This document shows positions 61,677-64,000 of a stretch of 64,000 nt of DNA, one piece after another. Below the pieces are notes generated by a model. That model was given only the letters and a program-made list of their open reading frames with translations, had not been told where the DNA came from and did no database searches. This stretch comes from a virus: positions 32,001-96,000 of IMG/VR virus record IMGVR_UViG_3300042384_000288; one strand, 5' to 3'. A program made the translations under genes and the position numbers. The first letter of the stretch is position 1; every line of letters starts with the position of its first letter.

Positions 61677-62233
61677 TATCTTTCCCAAGGGTAAACAATC
61701 CACGTATCCTGTTCTGCTTTGTTGATTTCTTTAGCTGAATAATCCACTTGACGACTAAAATTGCTACTTAGGTTATCAATTAACACAGCAAAACGCACAT
61801 TGTTACCCCAGATGTCTGCCCAGTTTGGATCGTTCGGCAAACATGATTGTTGCCAATCTTGAATAATCCAATCTAATGTAGCACCTGTGTCATTGATATC
61901 ATCTAAGATCAGTATGTTTTTACGCAGTGCAGGATCACTAGTGGCTTCTCCTTCTAGGCGAGGGTAACTAGCAGCACTAACATAACCAAATGCATCTTCG
62001 GCCATCCAAAGATTACTCTCTGGACCGTTATCACTATCACGTAGACTAACCTTTAAAGTCTCCATTGGGATATGATAGAGATTGCTCATAACAACTGCTG
62101 GAATCAATCCACCGCGGGTAAGACCAACAACGTAGTCTGGACGCCAGTTGTCCTTATACATTTGAGATACAATATTACTAACCATATCGTGTATGTGTAG
62201 ATATTCGTAATACTTTTTTTCAACATTATTCAT
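61676..62233 (-). CDS. Type I phosphoribosyltransferase (xanthine/guanine PRT-like)
   Basis: VVGLTRGGL.PA, ILILDDINDTGAT, WIVYPWE. Confidence 0.85.
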   Translation of the reverse strand: MNNVEKKYYEYLHIHDMVSNIVSQMYKDNWRPDYVVGLTRGGLIPAVVMSNLYHIPMETLKVSLRDSDNGPESNLWMAEDAFGYVSAASYPRLEGEATSDPALRKNILILDDINDTGATLDWIIQDWQQSCLPNDPNWADIWGNNVRFAVLIDNLSSNFSRQVDYSAKEINKAEQDTWIVYPWER

Positions 62234-62565
62234 CGCAAATACTCCATGGTAACAATTTTACTTAATGATTCAGCAAAGTCTGCGTTCTCATCAATGATGT
62301 ACAGCTTAACACGTTCTTGATCATGCTTGTCATTGTAGCGACCAGCTTCAACAATCTTTCCACCACTTGCTCCGTACACTTTAAATGAAATAACACTGTC
62401 ATCATCGTAGTTATGTGATACACGTTGTTGTTGCTTAATTGGGCTACCGCCCCCGCCACCACTAGTCCATTTTCGAGATCTAACTTGTTTGGGTTCTGCC
62501 ACCGCCATATCTTCTAATTCGTATTGCCATTTATGTGCTAAACGTATTAACCATCTCTTAAACAT
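62230..62565 (-). CDS. Hypothetical protein
   Basis: Likely start MFKRW after AAAGGA. Confidence 0.65.
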   Translation of the reverse strand: MFKRWLIRLAHKWQYELEDMAVAEPKQVRSRKWTSGGGGGSPIKQQQRVSHNYDDDSVISFKVYGASGGKIVEAGRYNDKHDQERVKLYIIDENADFAESLSKIVTMEYLR

Positions 62566-62575
62566 AACTATTCCT

Positions 62576-63259
62576 TTATCGAACCTTGCAACTATTGACA
62601 ATATTCATAAACTCTGCACGTACACTTGGGTCAGTTTTAAAACAACCGCCAAGTTTTGATGTAACTGTTGAACTTCCTACATCCTCTACACCCCGCGACT
62701 TAACGCAATAATGTTGTGCATCTAATACAACCCCAATATGATCTGTTTCGAGAATGTATTGTAGTGCGTGATAAATTTGTTCAGTTAATCGTTCTTGTAT
62801 TTGCGGACGCTTGCTAAAATATTCGACTACACGATTAATTTTACTTAATCCTAACACTTTATGATTCGGAATATAACCTACTGTAGCCAACCCATCAATA
62901 ACAACAAAGTGATGTTCACAATTTGATTGGACATTGACATTGCGTTCAATTACCATCTCATCGTATTTCATTTTGTTTTCTACTGTGGTGCACTTTGGAA
63001 ATGCTTCGTAATCGAGTCCCCAAAATATTTCGTTAACATACATTTTAGCTACTCGCTTAGGGGTTTCGATTAAACTGTCGTCAGTTAAATCTAATCCTAA
63101 TGTCTGCATTATTGAAGTAAAATGTTGTTCAATTTTATCGATTTTATCTTTACGATCGATATTGTTAGATATGGTTGGCGTTTCTACGCCCATTTTAATC
63201 AAATGTTCGTGTACTGCTTGTCCTAAGACTGGATCTGTTTTTGTTTTGTTGTATGACAT
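62576..63259 (-). CDS. folE: GTP cyclohydrolase I
   Basis: ETPKRVAKMY, SNCEHH, GLSK..R, RPQIQERLT, HYCVKSRGV, R.EF. Confidence 0.97.
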   Translation of the reverse strand: MSYNKTKTDPVLGQAVHEHLIKMGVETPTISNNIDRKDKIDKIEQHFTSIMQTLGLDLTDDSLIETPKRVAKMYVNEIFWGLDYEAFPKCTTVENKMKYDEMVIERNVNVQSNCEHHFVVIDGLATVGYIPNHKVLGLSKINRVVEYFSKRPQIQERLTEQIYHALQYILETDHIGVVLDAQHYCVKSRGVEDVGSSTVTSKLGGCFKTDPSVRAEFMNIVNSCKVR

Positions 63260-63406
63260 GATAACCTTCCTTTGTGATGGTTTAAATTGTGATGTTTACA
63301 GCCTTTATGCTGCAAAAGTATTTATGCGAAGTTGTTTCGCTTACTTTGTACTTTGACAATTTATATTACTCCGATGTTAAGCCAGTGGATTGGCGATTCA
63401 TAAATT

Positions 63407-63436
63407 AGTATAACATGATTATTTAGGTCTTGTCAA
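63407..63436 (-). promoter_or_regulatory. sigma70-like promoter with TAAATA embedded in the spacer
   Basis: TTGACA-18-TATACT; TAAATA at 63420-63425. Confidence 0.55.
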
Positions 63437-63437
63437 T

Positions 63438-63998
63438 CTATTTGATAATAATTTCGCGCAGGTCCGGATACTGCTTGTATTTAGGTTTTTGGTCTACTGT
63501 AGGTAATAATTCTAATCCTCGAATAGCATCTTCGATAGTAGGACGATAGTGATAACCAACTTCAAATACTTTTTGTTCTTGCCAAGGGCTTTTAGTTAGA
63601 TCTCTACCATCGTATCGTTGTGCTAGCAAGGTTTTATATGCATTGGCGTCATCTAATAGAATAGCACCACCGTGACCGATGTTTAAAGGTTTGTCAAATC
63701 CAAAACTCAAACACTGCATTTGATCTGGGCGATACATGCCTAATTGTAGCTTACGAGCACTATCCCAAATACGGGTATTAACAAATTGGTATTCACCGAC
63801 CCATTCGTTATTACCAGTATATCCAAATGAAATATCCAACTTACGCATGGTCATTGGTATGCTTAGGTAGGTAAATGCTGGGAACATTGTGCGCTTAATT
63901 TGGTCATAACGCAGACATAACTCAATAGCGTGAGTGCAACAATCAGTCATAACAACGTATGGCGCACCAGTAAGCTCACCTAATGCCCGTTCAAATTT
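63438..63998 (-). CDS. Short DegT-like PLP aminotransferase, 5'-truncated by the window edge
   Basis: The frame is open to the edge (KFERALGELTGAPYVVMTDCCTHAIEL); DSA, CLSFGFDKPLNIGHGGAIL, YDGR. Confidence 0.75.
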   Translation of the reverse strand, partial: KFERALGELTGAPYVVMTDCCTHAIELCLRYDQIKRTMFPAFTYLSIPMTMRKLDISFGYTGNNEWVGEYQFVNTRIWDSARKLQLGMYRPDQMQCLSFGFDKPLNIGHGGAILLDDANAYKTLLAQRYDGRDLTKSPWQEQKVFEVGYHYRPTIEDAIRGLELLPTVDQKPKYKQYPDLREIIIK

Positions 63999-64000
63999 TG

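Noticed and set aside
63369-63394. Canonical preQ1-I riboswitch call
   Set aside because: The loop is only 6 nt and lacks the recognisable consensus and long A-rich tail; kept only as an unclassified candidate.
1-64000. tRNA/rRNA genes or stop-codon reassignment
   Set aside because: Intergenic gaps are short and explained by other elements, no cloverleaf was seen, and genes are intact under the standard code with all three stop codons used.

Overview
This is a 64-kb segment of an AT-rich, very large tailed-phage genome with T4-like late promoters (TAAATA) and near-consensus sigma70 promoters. It resembles jumbo myoviruses; that assignment is inferred from gene content. There are two convergent blocks. 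The plus strand (1-41238) carries a >3700-aa virion/baseplate protein truncated at the left edge, a tandem-repeat fibre protein and four tail-fibre-like genes. These are followed directly by a ~23-kb modification cluster: several glycosyltransferase-like genes, five radical-SAM genes (six rSAM domains, five with an N-terminal SPASM/Twitch-like module), SGNH-like proteins, a 33-aa PFIY peptide, a carbamoyltransferase, an APS-kinase-like protein, dCMP deaminase and a 1019-aa repeat/GT-like protein. The minus strand (41180-64000) carries amino-sugar nucleotide enzymes (Gfo/Idh/MocA, DegT, epimerase), thyA, DHFR, a MoxR-like AAA ATPase with a vWA/metallopeptidase partner, a DEDD exonuclease, an RNase H-like 5'-3' exonuclease, and queD-like, queE and folE genes (7-deazaguanine precursor pathway). 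Two intact homing endonucleases and three relics are present. Two unrelated endonuclease genes share a covarying structured 5' leader. The main hypothesis is a phage-encoded virion glycosylation and tailoring system acting on [A/G/S]-Asn-rich fibre proteins. All calls come from motif reading by eye; no searches were run. I saw no tRNA, rRNA or CRISPR array.
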